A stretch of 53,243 nucleotides of DNA, counting the filler, from Basidioascus undulatus (lineage: Eukaryota), in assembly GCA_000826855.1 (NCBI GenBank). It is 3 parts of 3 records of this genome, joined end to end, with 100 filler letters (N's around TTAATTAATTAA, not from the genome) between each part and the next. Parts side by side here need not be neighbours in the genome. Positions count along the whole stretch, not along the records: positions 35,567 to 53,243 come from JTLS01000513.1; 2 more parts are not named here. One strand, given 5' to 3'. Below, one piece after another: positions 38,501-50,275 of the stretch; the stretch's first letter is position 1; every line of letters starts with the position of its first letter. The translations under genes and the position numbers were made by a program. The notes under the pieces are model-generated. The model ran no database searches. It was not told where the DNA came from and was given only the letters and a program-made list of their open reading frames with translations.

Positions 38501-38648
38501 GCGCAGCTTCGGCAAGAGGACTCAGACAGACGAGGTGCGTCCAGCGCGGCCTGTTTTTGTTGCGCTCGGCCATTGATGCGTGTTACTCCCCTGCATAGCT
38601 CTGGAGGCGACGCTCCGTCAGCGCGGCATGAAGATCACATTCGAATGA
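35567..38648 (+). CDS. UPF2: Nonsense-mediated decay factor UPF2/NMD2 (MIF4G domains, acidic C-terminus); 5' part lost in the gap
   Basis: QLNALFARLPDLSNRAMIDQAAVDFAFLNSKAARKR; PYYARFTAIL; LLESCGRYLLR; KYNQRRIAAVKYLGELYNYR; DDFFRVRLVCTLLDTCG; MKFTLLTKKGNKQQ; ends GMKITFE*. Confidence 0.95.
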
Positions 38649-39096
38649 GCGCCGGCTTCCACGGCATTCGCAATGCTACTTATCACCGTCGTCGATGGGC
38701 GGTCGCTCGCGGAGATATAGTCTTGTGTTGGAAGCGGGGAAACGGCATAGGGTAGCGCTCGTACGTCGGCGGGCGCGCCAGGGGGAGGGATGGGAGGTGC
38801 GGGAGTCGGGCGACTTCCGCCGTCGCAGCAGGTTGCTGGAGCCCAGCTGTCGCCCGGAGCAAGGTCGCTACCGCCTTCCGTCTCGCCTTTGCTACAAGTT
38901 ACCCTGCCCGTTCTGCGCGCTTCTTCCCATCCATTGCATATGCCATCCGCCTCTCCATTTCTTTGTCCAACTTGGTGGCCTACCACTTTTCCGCGGAGAA
39001 ACCACGGAAATGGGCATCCTTTCACGTGCACCGCAATGCGAACGACCTGGCGTTCCCCTTCATTCTCCCTGTTCTCCACATACCTCAAACAGCCCC

Positions 39097-39506
39097 ATGC
39101 CGCCACCCCCCGACTTCCCACACAGCGAGCTGAAACTCGCGCTGTCCGAGCAACTCCCCTCGCAGCTCGTCCAGTCCTACACTCTCATCCCGCGCGACGC
39201 GTCCGAGCCGCATGCGGCGCGCGCGCGCGTCGTGCTCCTCGAGGGCAATGAAGTGGAAGTGCGGTTGACGTTGGAGGGGTACGAGGTGCGGTTTTTAGTT
39301 CACTGTCCGAAGTATGAACCTGAAGCTAAGGTGGCGAGCGAGGGCAGGTCGTGGGCAAGCGGGACAAGTTCGAGACTCTCGAGGGGCTGCTGGAGCGCGA
39401 GAGCCCGATGTGGAAGGATCGGAATTTGGGACTATTGGCGGAGGCGTTGGGGAGGATAAAGAAAGAGCGGGAGGAGGCCAAGATGGGAGCGGTACATGAG
39501 TCATAG
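39097..39506 (+). CDS. GSKIP (DUF727)-like small protein, 2 exons
   Basis: ARARVVLLEGNEVEVRLTLEGYE / ..FETLEGLLERESPMW: the LEG..G(F/Y)..(Y/F)ET..LL..SP pattern of GSKIP domains. Confidence 0.7.
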
Positions 39507-39652
39507 AAGGAGAGGAAGCGCTGCACAGATGATGATTTGCCAGTCCGCCGGGGGCCTTCAAAAGCATGCGCAACGGCTTTCCCGGCGACCCTTCGGGCAG
39601 ACTATCAGCGAAGGCCATCTACAAAGCGATGTTTGAAACGAGAGGCAGTGCA

Positions 39653-41247
39653 TCAATAGTCGTATAGGTCCGCATACTCGTCCACCGGCTCTTGCACTGG
39701 CGGCGGGGGCGCCTCCTTCGCAGTGTCTGCATCCGCCTGCTGTCCCTGTCCGTCTTCCGCGCGCTCTCCCTCCGCGCCCTGCTTCTCGTTCAGCGCCTGC
39801 GCCTCCCGCTCCATCTCCTCCATCGCCCGCCACGTCTCCTCGTCGTCCTCCCCGAACGCGTCAAACTCGTACCCGCCGCTCCCCCCGGTCCTCTGCGCCT
39901 TGGCCTTCGCAGCGGCAGCTTCCGCCTGCTCGGCGGGCGCCTCGAGATCGAAATCTTCTTCCTGGTTCGCTGCGGGCGCAAGGGCAGGAGCAGCGGCGCG
40001 GCGCGCCTCCTCCTCCTGCTCAGCTGCGATGAGCGCCTCGAAGTCAAAGTCGTCTTGGTCCATCGGCTGGCGGGCAGGCGGCGCCTCCTGCTGTTCGCGC
40101 TGTGCGGCCTGCTCGGCTTCGATAAGCGCGTCGAGTTCGAAGTTGTCCTTCCCGCCTCCGCCGGCGCCTCCGGTTGAAGCGGTCGGCGAGCGGAAGAGAG
40201 GGTTGGACGCGGCGGAAGGGCGCGGGCGCGGGCGTTGCCGAGGTGGGGTACCTGGCTGCTGCTGTTGGTGCGATGTGCTGGCTTCGCCCGCTACGAACGG
40301 GTCCGCGTCGTCGTCTGCGCCTGCAGGTCCTTCTCCAGCGGCGTCGCGAACTTCGTCGTCCTCCGGCCGGCGGTTCGCAGCGTCTTTGAAACCCTTCAGC
40401 GCGGCCTAGACGTTAATCCCGGTCGGGTCAGCGCCCAGCAGCAAGCACAAGAGTAAGAAAGCGAGGACGGACCTGCATCCTCCGCTCGCGGCAGACTTTC
40501 TCGACGCGCTCGACCGTGTCCGCGAACTGGCCTTTGGGGAACATCTTGTGCGCCCAGAGCTGGTACAGGTTGAGAAGACGCTTAAGGTCTGACGCCTGTC
40601 ACCGATATGGAACAGACGCATCAGCCATGTGAGAGCGCACCAGAGAGGACCGGGATCAGCGTACCTCGTGCCCCTTCCCCTTGAACCGCCAGTTCTTGCT
40701 TTGGGCGATCAACGCGGGGAAGCCGTTCTGTCCCAGCAGCCTGCCAGCAGATTATCAGCCTTCGACTAGCAACGAATCTGGTCTGAGTCTGATAGGGAAC
40801 TTAAACGCACCGATCTGCATCCACCTTTGCGATGATCCTCTTCGGCTTCTTCTGCGCAATCTCATCCAGCTCCTCGGCGCCTGCATCGCCCTTGTCCCCT
40901 CCAATCGAGTCTAGCCCCGCCCACTCGTCGCGCTCCGCGAACGCGCTCGGCTTCGGCCTGGGAGGAGGCGGTCGGTCGCCGATCGGCGGAGGGAGGTCGT
41001 CGTCGTCGTAGTTGTCCAAGTCTTCAAAGAGGTCGTCGATGTTGATCGCCCCGGCGGAAGCAGAGTTTGGGGAGGGCCGCCTGTTCTCGATGGACGAGGA
41101 CGGAGAGCGCGGGTGGGTGGCGCCGGAGCGCTTCTTGCGCTGGGGCTGGGGCAAGTCTTGTTCGGAGTCGTTGGAGGATATTGAAGGCGTGCGCTTGCGG
41201 CGCCGGTGGTCGGGCGATATGGGCGTTGGCGATCGGAAGAGCGACAT
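39653..41247 (-). CDS. CSM3: Replication fork protection complex subunit Csm3/Swi3/Tipin
   Basis: KPKRIIAKVDADR/LLGQNGFPAL..RFKGKGHE/SDLKRLLNLYQLWAHKMFPKGQFADTVERVEKVC, plus an acidic tail. Confidence 0.92.
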
Positions 41248-41917
41248 GGCGGTTGAGGGGCGGTGGGTGCAGACGAAAGGCACGACGCGAGGCCATCTGT
41301 GGGCGCGTCGCGTCCACGGACGAACCATGGTTCGCGTTTGTTTGTCTGTCGCCGTCGCACGTTCCACACGTTGCACGCATTGGGACGGATGCGGTTAAGC
41401 AAGCTCAGATGGAAATATGCTGCCGAAGTGTCAGGTACACTTGCTCGCCTGATGAGCAGCTTTGTCGTGAACGCGGCGACCTGTTGGCTCCCAGCCTGAA
41501 AGTTAGCCTTGCTTGAGACTGGATGTCGAGGTGTTATTTCGATGATGATCTGTCTTGCGAGTGAGTCATAACTTTTGACTTCATCACAATAAAAAAAAAG
41601 GCTCTGTGTTGGGTCCAACGAAAAGGATACAAGCTCCGAAGGTGATGGCCGACCTCTGCAGCCGAACCTCTCCAGAAGTGAGTTGTGCTTCTCATGGACT
41701 CACTCTACATTGCAGCATGAAAAGAACAACAGCGATTATCTGGGAGCGTCCCGTGTGAGAAGTCAGGTGCCATTCGCAGCAGCCGGAGCTCGCATTTCGG
41801 ACTTTGACCGTTGTTCGCACCTTGTCTAAGCACCACCATCATCTCGAGCGTTTGCCGAATTTACACGCTACATCATCCCAATCTCGAAGCTTCAGTACCA
41901 CCGACCTTTCGATTGAT

Positions 41918-42868
41918 ATGACCTACTTGTTCGACCTTCCCAACGTAGTGCTCTCGGAGATCCTTCTCCTTGCGTACGATATCCCACCACGGTGCCGGGG
42001 CTGGTACGAGTCTTCTCCCTGGTCGGAAATGGGTCGAGTCGCCCCTCTCCTTATCTGGAAGCGTCTCCAACTGAGCATATTCCGTATCGCGCAATTATCA
42101 TCAGCACCGAAAAGCATCCCGAGCTGCTCTGTCGCTATCTGACAGCCGTCAAAGCCGCGTGGTGCAGGTCGCTTGTTCTCAACGTGCCCAAACTCGATAC
42201 AAGGAGCACCTCGATCGTCCTTGACTCGCTGGTTAGCATACGCCGCGTTGATATTACGTTTTCGCGGGACCGGCCGCCGTAATGCTCGATGGCAATCTGC
42301 GAAGCGCTCAAAGTCTTGCGTCCGACGGCAGTCCTACTCGAGGCGCAGAGCAGGTACTCCGACTCCGCACTGCGTGCCTTGATAGCCTCAGTGAGCAAGC
42401 TGTTGTCTGATTGTAACTCTGAACTCGATCACCTTTAGCTCCATATTGCTTTTCTGCCTTCGGACACACAAGTCGACCTTTCGACGCTGAACGTGGCTTT
42501 TGTGCGTCTGGACTATCACACTTGGCGTGACCTGGACGCTTCCAAGTCGCTCATACAGAATCCTTTCGTCAGTACTATCAAGTTTGTGGCGTATGAGAGG
42601 GGGCTACTTCGATCTCCCCAAGACAGACCAACGGCGTTTCTGCACTCGTAGAACGCCGCCTCAGCTGACTGGAGAGCCCTTGCACTTCGAGTGTGTCTTC
42701 TGGAGGAATTTCCCCACTATGGGCAGGAGGGATAATCCCGAAGTGTTCTCCTCTTTTGGTCCACTGTACTGTTCTTTTGTGGGCTGCAAAGATTTGGGTG
42801 TAAAGATGAAGGTGGTAGGACGGTGGGTTGATGGACATCCTCGCTTGCGGGCGCTGTTTCACAGTTGA
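41918..42868 (+). pseudogene. F-box-like gene, duplicate A (frameshift near 42070, stop at 42280)
   Basis: MTYLFDLPNVVLSEILLLAY (F-box LP.E.L.EI pattern); similarity to the 47.1-kb copy continues in a shifted frame (LCRYLTAVKAAWCRSL). Confidence 0.75.
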
Positions 42869-43573
42869 TTGGTAGCATGATAATTGAGTGCTTGTCCTAC
42901 CCGCTGTTGAACCGCTGCGTTGAAATGCGCCTGTACGATTGCACGCCGAAAAAAATAGAAAAGGAAGGGAAGTAGACAACTTGTTGAATGAAATGACAAT
43001 GGAGAGGGCTGGGCGGCGGCAACTTGCGTTTCAGTCTGTAGCTACAATGATGCGTTGTGCTGCATTGGCCACCGAATGGTTACTGATGCCTTGGTGTGAA
43101 AATATTGCAACAGAGGGAAATGCATGCGGCTGACTGCAGCTGCCCATTCTGGGTTCGTAAAAGACCGGACAATACTTTGGGATTTCGGATACTCAAATCT
43201 CCCGAGAAAAATATGTGTAAAATCAGCAAGTCTTCCGGGGGCAGTCTTGTATAGCAAATGTCGGTGCAAAATGCAACCAACACAAGCAAACAGGCAGATC
43301 CAACAAAACGAAATCATCCTAAATCACATGGCTTCAGCTATCCAGGATTCTTGCTCCACATCCACAGTTCCACAGCTCCAAAGATTCGCGCGTTGGTGTT
43401 GCCTAATTGAACTGTCCCTATCGTGCTGGCAGAAATGCCCATTCAGAAGTCCCCGTTGTAGCCGAGCAGGTTCGGCGAGCCGGCGGTGTTGCAGATGCGG
43501 TTCTTGTTGGAGCAATTTGAGGACACTGGCGATGCTGGCCGGGGAGCTGTTCCTATTTTCGGTGAAGGGTCGC

Positions 43574-45515
43574 TCAAGTTAGCCCAGGGAGGGGGTAACT
43601 TTGAAGCTGAGGACACGGCGGGACGCACCCGCGAGCACCAATCAACGTAGCAACCAAGCCAGCAACGTGGGGAGTTGCCATGCTTGTACCGCTCAGAACC
43701 GCGGAGGAGTGTCGGAGTTGATATAGAAGCTGAGTCAAGTGCGGCACAAGGTCAGTCAAGCCACTGAAGCAGCAGAACAGCGACCTGCCTGATGATGTTC
43801 GCACGTGGCGCAAACTGCAGGACAGATTTGATCAGAAACAAAAAGTGTAGGTACTGCATTCTGAGACAAGTTATGATGTCGACGACCGAGCCGTAGTTGC
43901 TGAACGACGCACGGCGGTCGTTGACGTCGGATGCAGCAACGATGATGACCTTGATATACCCGATGAAAGAAAGTGAGCTTGACTCTTGAACTTATGTTGG
44001 ACCCTACGTACAGCAGACGCGGGCCCTGAAAGAAAACCAAACTCAGTCAACCTGTCCTGATTTCCAGTAGGCGTACGACGACATACGGGGTGCCTGTGCT
44101 AGCGTCCGTGTTGTCGTTTCCAGCAGCCTAGGAAAGGGCTCAGGTTTACATGAAGCTGCAAAGAGCCTTCAGCGTCCTGGTTAAAGAGTCACATACCACG
44201 ACAAAGTGGACACCAGCGTTGATGGCCTGTCGTGGAGAAATCAGTAGAGGTGTCATTAAAACTATGCTCTTACTTCAGCAACTCACGGAGTGGACAGTGC
44301 GAGCCAAGCGGTTGAAACGCCTCCGCCTACGGAAAGAGTCACATTCGGCACATTAATGACGCCGCAGGTGAACACACAGATGCACCGAGCGAAAGCGAAG
44401 CAATGCTCGGGCGACCAGAAGAGCGGGCATGGCTGGCAACGTAGTTGACACCCGCTGGAATAAAAAAGTTCAAGTGTTAAGGAGGCGCTCGCAACTCCGA
44501 AGGAGGAAGTCGGTGTACCAATCACGTCTGAGTTGCTGCCGCTGGTTGCCGGAGTCCGAAAGGACCTAGCAAAAACAAAGGTCAAGGCTTAGCTCGGTCT
44601 GGTTGATTAAAGCTGTTAGTGATACACCTTGGCGGCGATAATGTTGGCACCCTTGGCGATGCCGACCGTCCGACCCGCAATAGTGCTAGCACAGTGGGTG
44701 CCCTGAGGGTCGAGGATGTCAAGTTCGTCCCTATAGCATCGGGGAGCTTTGGAATCTGATATCTTGCATGGCCATTGTCGTCGTTGGTGCTGGACTGAAT
44801 AAAGGTGAGCAAATTTGTGAACTGCATGAAATACTTTTGAATACTATTCGTATTATATTCCTTGTCTAGATTAGAATACAGCTTTCCCAGTATTCCAAGG
44901 ACCGGATTAGATTATTACCACCTGGGAACAGAAGGCAGAATTAAATCCTTGAAAATATTCAGATGTATTCTGTATTCCACAGCAGCAAAAACACGCTGGA
45001 AAAGAAGGCCAGTGTTGATCCTACAGGCAACTTCTGTCAGTGCTCTGTGCACCAGGTAAATCATTTCCCTCTCAGAGATGCTGAACTTCATGTACAAGCA
45101 GATGGGGATGATTTTTCTGTAGCTGTCTCAGTGACACGTGAGAGCTGTTGTTTTGACAAGACCGGCTGGCCACATTCACACCTCTTTCAACTGCCTTACA
45201 GACTTCTCACCTACCCCAGATACTGTCCAGTTCCTCAATGAACCTCAAGGGAACACAGACTGCATGGGAGCCCTGCAAAGCACAAATTTTGACAGGGCCT
45301 GGAATAAGGAATATAATCAGCATATAATCATTATTCAGGTGTAGAATAGATTTGGCACTGCCCCCAGTCCTGGAATAATAATACAGCATTTATGTGTATT
45401 TCTTGACGGATTTAATCTATTCCTGGATCCCTACCTGGCGAGCCTCCAAAGGCACAGTCGCTACAGTGGCAAAGAGACCGGTGAGAACGGCGAGAACGGC
45501 GCAGCAGAACTTCAT
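43574..45515 (-). pseudogene. Secreted subtilisin-like (S8A, proteinase K-type) protease, disabled
   Basis: Signal peptide MKFCCAVLAVLTGLFATVA; NDDNGH/GTHCASTIAG..GIAKGANIIAAK; AAGNDN; RASFSNYG; LSGTSMATPHVAGL. Lesions: 4-bp AACC insertion in VLSDSG-SGSNSDVI, extra T in IASLSLG, and further shifts. Confidence 0.85.
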
Positions 45516-47136
45516 GTCTGCTCAAGAAGAAAGGGAGAGAAACAGAGAGCGAAAGCTTGAGGAGGGCAGTTGGAACTCAGTGACTGCCCGCTTTCATGTT
45601 CACGAGGAGCAACGGTTGCTCGGTCGCCGCTTCTCCTGCCTGGCTTTATCACGTGTGGGCCTTTTAGTATTGATGGAAAGTTTGTGCACTGGCACGCGCT
45701 ATCGGGGTCGACCGCACTGTCCCACCACAGTTAATTTCCTAAGGAGCGACTGCACCCGGAACCCGCTGGCTTCCGCTGCAATGCAGCGGGACAACTCTCG
45801 CAGAGTATAGCTGTATCAGGGCATTCCTAGATAAAACGATTCTTTGTGATTTGAATAACAGAACAAGACACAATACGGCGCAAGTGAGAGGAGGAGAAGC
45901 GGTGATCACCGCCCTCGCGTGGGTCTTCTCTCTCAACGACAGTGATAAGAACGGTATCGAACTGATCGGCCGAAGGGATTGAAACTGAGACTTAAGTACA
46001 TCCAAAACCTCTAATGTTGCTATCATCTGGTTGTCAGGAAGGCCCGGTCGTCACAGAGCAAGGGCAAGGAGGCATGGCCGAGCCGTTACGTTCAGTCTCG
46101 ACGATCTCTGATGCACAACCGACTTTTCACTAGCCGTTTTGTACTTTCAATCCACAAGGTAACCAGGTTCCGTGCCGTGCCAACAGTATGCATCGGAAAC
46201 GATACGAAGCCGACGCATTCCTGATTGCGCGATGTGCACGAGGCACATGGAAGCTTGGAACTGCCATCAGTGTATGTGTACGCATGTTTTGGGTAATGAG
46301 CGCCGTGAAGCATAGTTTCCTATTTTGAACGCCGTCCTCATGTATTGTAGCGGATGGTGTGGCCAGTTCTGTGTGCTTTGCGCGTGCGATGTACATGTAG
46401 CGACCGACGCTCGGACTCAGAAGCCAGAACGCGTCGATGCAGAGAGCATCGAGGTATGGCCTGGGCAAGGCAAGGCGATAGATAAGGGAGTTCCAGTGCG
46501 TGATGTGTGCACAGAAGGAGTGGCTTGCTCTTCATGCAGATTCCAAGATGAATGAGAAGTTAAGGTTACGTTGTTTCAAGAGGACTGGCCGAGGCTTCAT
46601 CCTCGCCGTCCTAGATCACATCGCGCAGCCGACTATCACCCCTGAGTGTTTCGATGCCGGGGAGGTGCAACAGAGCGGATACAAGCTAGGACGTCCTCCG
46701 CAGACCACTGTAGCTGATGCAATGCGAGTACTCGCTGTGCACTCCAGCCTGGAAAGTCTATGACTTGTATAGCAGTCTCTATGTCTATACCTACCGGCGA
46801 CAACCCGTCACCTAGAGGTGATGCTGGAAAGGAGCAGAGCAAGTGCCAGTCACATAAGCCGGTGCAGACGTGCATCCAGTCCTCGGACCGGCCTGCAACA
46901 CCTCCAAGAAAGGTATGCTACTTCTCGTGAACTTTTTACAGTAATACGAAGGCACGGCAAAATTTTCCGGTGTATGTGACCCGAAGTCAGATGACATCGC
47001 CATCCGCAGCGGAGGCTCAGATTTTCAGTCTTCGACCGCGCTTCGCACCTTGTCCATGCAGCGCCATCATCTCGAGCGTTCGCCGACCACATCATCCCAA
47101 TCTCGACACTTGGGTGCAACCCACCTATCGTTCGAA

Positions 47137-47971
47137 ATGGTCTCGCTGCTCGACCTGCCCAACGAAGTGCTCTCGGAGATCGTGCTCCTTGCCTACGACA
47201 TCCCACCTCGACACCGTCGGTGGAACGAGCCACCCCCCTGGTCGGAAGCAGGTCGAACCGCCGCCCTTCTCATATGCAAGCGTCTCCAGGGACTTTCCGA
47301 GCCTATTCTCTTTCGAACCATCATCATCATCACCGCCAATCAGCGCGACCAGCTCTGTCGCTCTCTGACGGCGACTAAAGCAGCGTGGTGCAGGTCGATT
47401 GCTCTCGACGTGCCCGAACTCAACACCCGGAACATATCGAGCATTCTCGAATCTCTCTGTTACATACGTCGCCTTGACATTCACGTTTTGGCGTGTCCTG
47501 TCTCCTCGGTGCTCGGCAGCGGTCTGCGAGGCGCTGAAAGATTTGCGTCCAACAGCGGTCATTCTCAGGGTGCAGGTCGGGGCCGCATCGGTATTGCGTC
47601 TGTTGCTGGTATCGTTGAAAAAACCTTTGAATGAATGGAGGGTCGACCTCGAGTATTTCGAGCTCAGAATTGATCTTCACTCTCGACTGTCGGCGCCACT
47701 GGGACGCTTTAAAGTCGCTCATAAATAATTGATTTATTCGTACCATCGAGTTTATGACTTACTAGAGGGGTGCGCCTCTACCGGCCCATGCGAGGGACCC
47801 GTTTTTGGACCCATCAAGCGCCGCCTCAGCCGATTGGAGAGCACTGGAACCTCGAGTACGTCAATATGTCTAAAAGCTCCGAAGGCGTGGGACAAGACAG
47901 ACTTGCTTGACTTTCTCTTGGCTCTTTGGCTGCATTGCTTTGGTTGTGTTGTAATAGCGGTGTACAGTTGA
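47137..47971 (+). pseudogene. F-box-like gene, duplicate B (frameshift near 47483)
   Basis: MVSLLDLPNEVLSEIVLLAYDIPP...ICKRLQGLSEPILFRTIII; after RRLDI the similarity to copy A moves to another frame (CEALKDLRPTAV). Confidence 0.75.
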
Positions 47972-48431
47972 ACGTGGCTGGACCGCGGTTTGCTGCATTG
48001 CATCTTGCATGACACACTTATCCGTGCGTGCTGATCCAGTTGGACAAGCTTTTTCGGAAATATCGTATAGAGGTGGAATTCTTGAGCCAGGCGTGGAAGT
48101 GATCAGGCGAAACGCGATAAGGCAGTGGTTTCGTTGCTCGACAGCCAAGGCTTTCAGAGCATCCATCAATCAGAGACACACACTGTGGCAACTATATTTA
48201 TCGTTAGAGAGGATTATTCAGAAGCACACCTGATCCGAGCCGCCTCGACTACCGAGTGGGACGTAGCCAGATACCGGTCGGGGCAAAAAGCTGGAAGCTT
48301 CTTGAACGTAGTGCCTTCTGCATACAATTTTCTATCAACTTGAAAAGTTGTATAAGCGTGACATTCATCCTAATTCCTCAACCGCAAACATCATCTGTCA
48401 AGTAAGGCTAGGCGTGCCGGGCGGAAGAGGC

Positions 48432-49057
48432 ATGCTGTTCTGGCAGTTAGGCTCTCAGACTGCGATCCGACTTTGGCTCCTCCGACTGGCACTCTTCAGC
48501 CGCAGCGGTGGCGCCTACCTTGTCCAGAAATTGCTCTTATACAGCGTCTCGCATCCCAACATCAGCTGCAACAGGATATCATCGAAGGCTGAAGGCTCAA
48601 GTCTTCCGACCCAACTTTACTTCCTCGCACTACATCATCCTCCCCTACCCGCTCGACCGCGTCTTCACCATCCTCTCATCTGGATCATCCATTGAGGCTC
48701 TGGCCCGCCTCTCGGCGACCTGCACGTCCTTCACCCTCGTCCAGACGACCCACATCTCCCTCCCTGCCGGCTCGCTGTCTTCGGCACACGGGACGCACCT
48801 CCTCTCGGCCTGTTCCACCTCTGAAGGACTCGAACGCACCACTTTCTCGCTCGAGGGAACCACACCACTCCTCGGCGGGATATTCAGCAACCGGATGCGC
48901 ATCGATGGGTGCCAGACGGAGAACCGGGAAGGGCGGTGCTGCTTGTATGAGAGTCTTGTTCACAAGCAGGGGGTCGTTGTTTGAAGTTGAGGACGTTCGA
49001 GGAGATGGATTCCCAAGAAGTGGAGGAGGGCAGGACAAGGGTGACGGAGAAGATTGA
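48432..49057 (+). pseudogene. Degenerate F-box-like fragment
   Basis: WLLRLALFSR...VQKLLLYSV resembles the post-F-box LALVS..Q.LLY motif; the continuation lies in another frame. Confidence 0.35.
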
Positions 49058-50180
49058 GGGAATGTGCCCAGGCTGGTTGAGGAGGCTGGTAGAGAACGAG
49101 TGTAGGACGACGCACAGGTTCGTCTGGCCCTTATTTTCCCCTCCTTCCTTATGGAAGTGACCTATAACTAATATCTTTCGGATGAACGGCTGGTCAGAGC
49201 TCATATGGAGAAGTACCACAAGCTGTTTGTATGAGACGACGCGGCTTGCGAGCAGATAATGTATTCATGTTGTCTATCCGGCACCTATCCAAGCGGCCCA
49301 GGAAACTATATATTTTTTTATCAATGGAGGGGCCAATATATTAGGAAATGCCAGCCGTGTATACGGCCGCTGGTAGCCATCCACTTCTTAATTCGGGTGC
49401 CGCTTACGGTGCTTACATTCGACAAGTCTTGACAGATGCAACCATGGCATTCAAGGACATGAATTGCACAGATTCTCCACGGAGGAGATGTACACTGTAA
49501 ATCTGTCAGGGTTGTAGTACATCCAACTGAATGTATTAGCCGATAGAACCACAGGAGGTTCTGGTAGGGCGACGCCAGCGACCCTATTAATAATGCGTAG
49601 TAGTTCCAGAGCTCGTGCAGATACTTGTTCCATGGTCATTCGTGCGCCAGCAACAGATCAATCGTGTCATCATCGGGGTCCCATCTCGGTACCCTCTGCT
49701 TACACAATGTCATTCAGAACGAGAAGTAGCAGGCTGATTCAATTCATCGCCACTTCAAGCCCGCCGTTATGGCTATACAAGTCAGCCTTGTTCGGTGGGA
49801 TGGCCTGCAGCGGCATCGGAGGGCTTTATCCAGAAACCCGAGGCACTCCGAGGGGCAGCGCTTCCAACCATTGTTGCTCTACCTTGTAACAGCTTGATCA
49901 TGCACTTATAGGTGCACGGAAAGGGGATGAACAGTGCACGCTATCTACTTTGCCGCTCATCGTCTCACCGGCAAGCCGGCCGGCCCTGAAGCGTCTCCTA
50001 AGCTTTTTAGACGTCTTCCTCCTTCGTCACCATCTCATCTCATTCACAACTTCTCACTCCTCACCATTTCTTTGCACATCCCGTATTGTGAGTCTTACAT
50101 TCCAACATGTGCAGCAGCCTACGGTCGGGCCCCGCGCTTCGCTCCACTCGCGGTGGACCCGCCTTGCGTGCCTGCGCCCT

Positions 50181-50275
50181 ATCTATGATGAACAACCTTT
50201 ACAGACCTGATCGCATCCGTTCCCCCCCGGGGGCACGTTGTCGATAACCCATTATTGCCTTTTTAATCTGATCCT
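50181..50275 (+). ncRNA. Box C/D snoRNA, snR56/SNORD25(U25)-like, predicted 18S rRNA 2'-O-methylation guide
   Basis: Box C ATGATGA 50185-50191; box D CTGA 50268-50271; TTACAGACCTG (50199-50209) and TTATTGCCT (50252-50260) are complementary to adjacent parts of the conserved 18S segment GAGGCAAUAACAGGUCUGUGA (recalled); lies in a GTGAGT..GCTGAC..TAG intron. Confidence 0.72.

Noticed and set aside
34924..38648. Apparent fusion of the USP8-like N-terminus with UPF2
   Set aside because: The two parts are separated by the artificial linker and are unrelated truncated genes.
41490..41590. Minus-strand GTGATGA as a second snoRNA box C
   Set aside because: No suitably placed CTGA box D and no rRNA complementarity that I could recognise.
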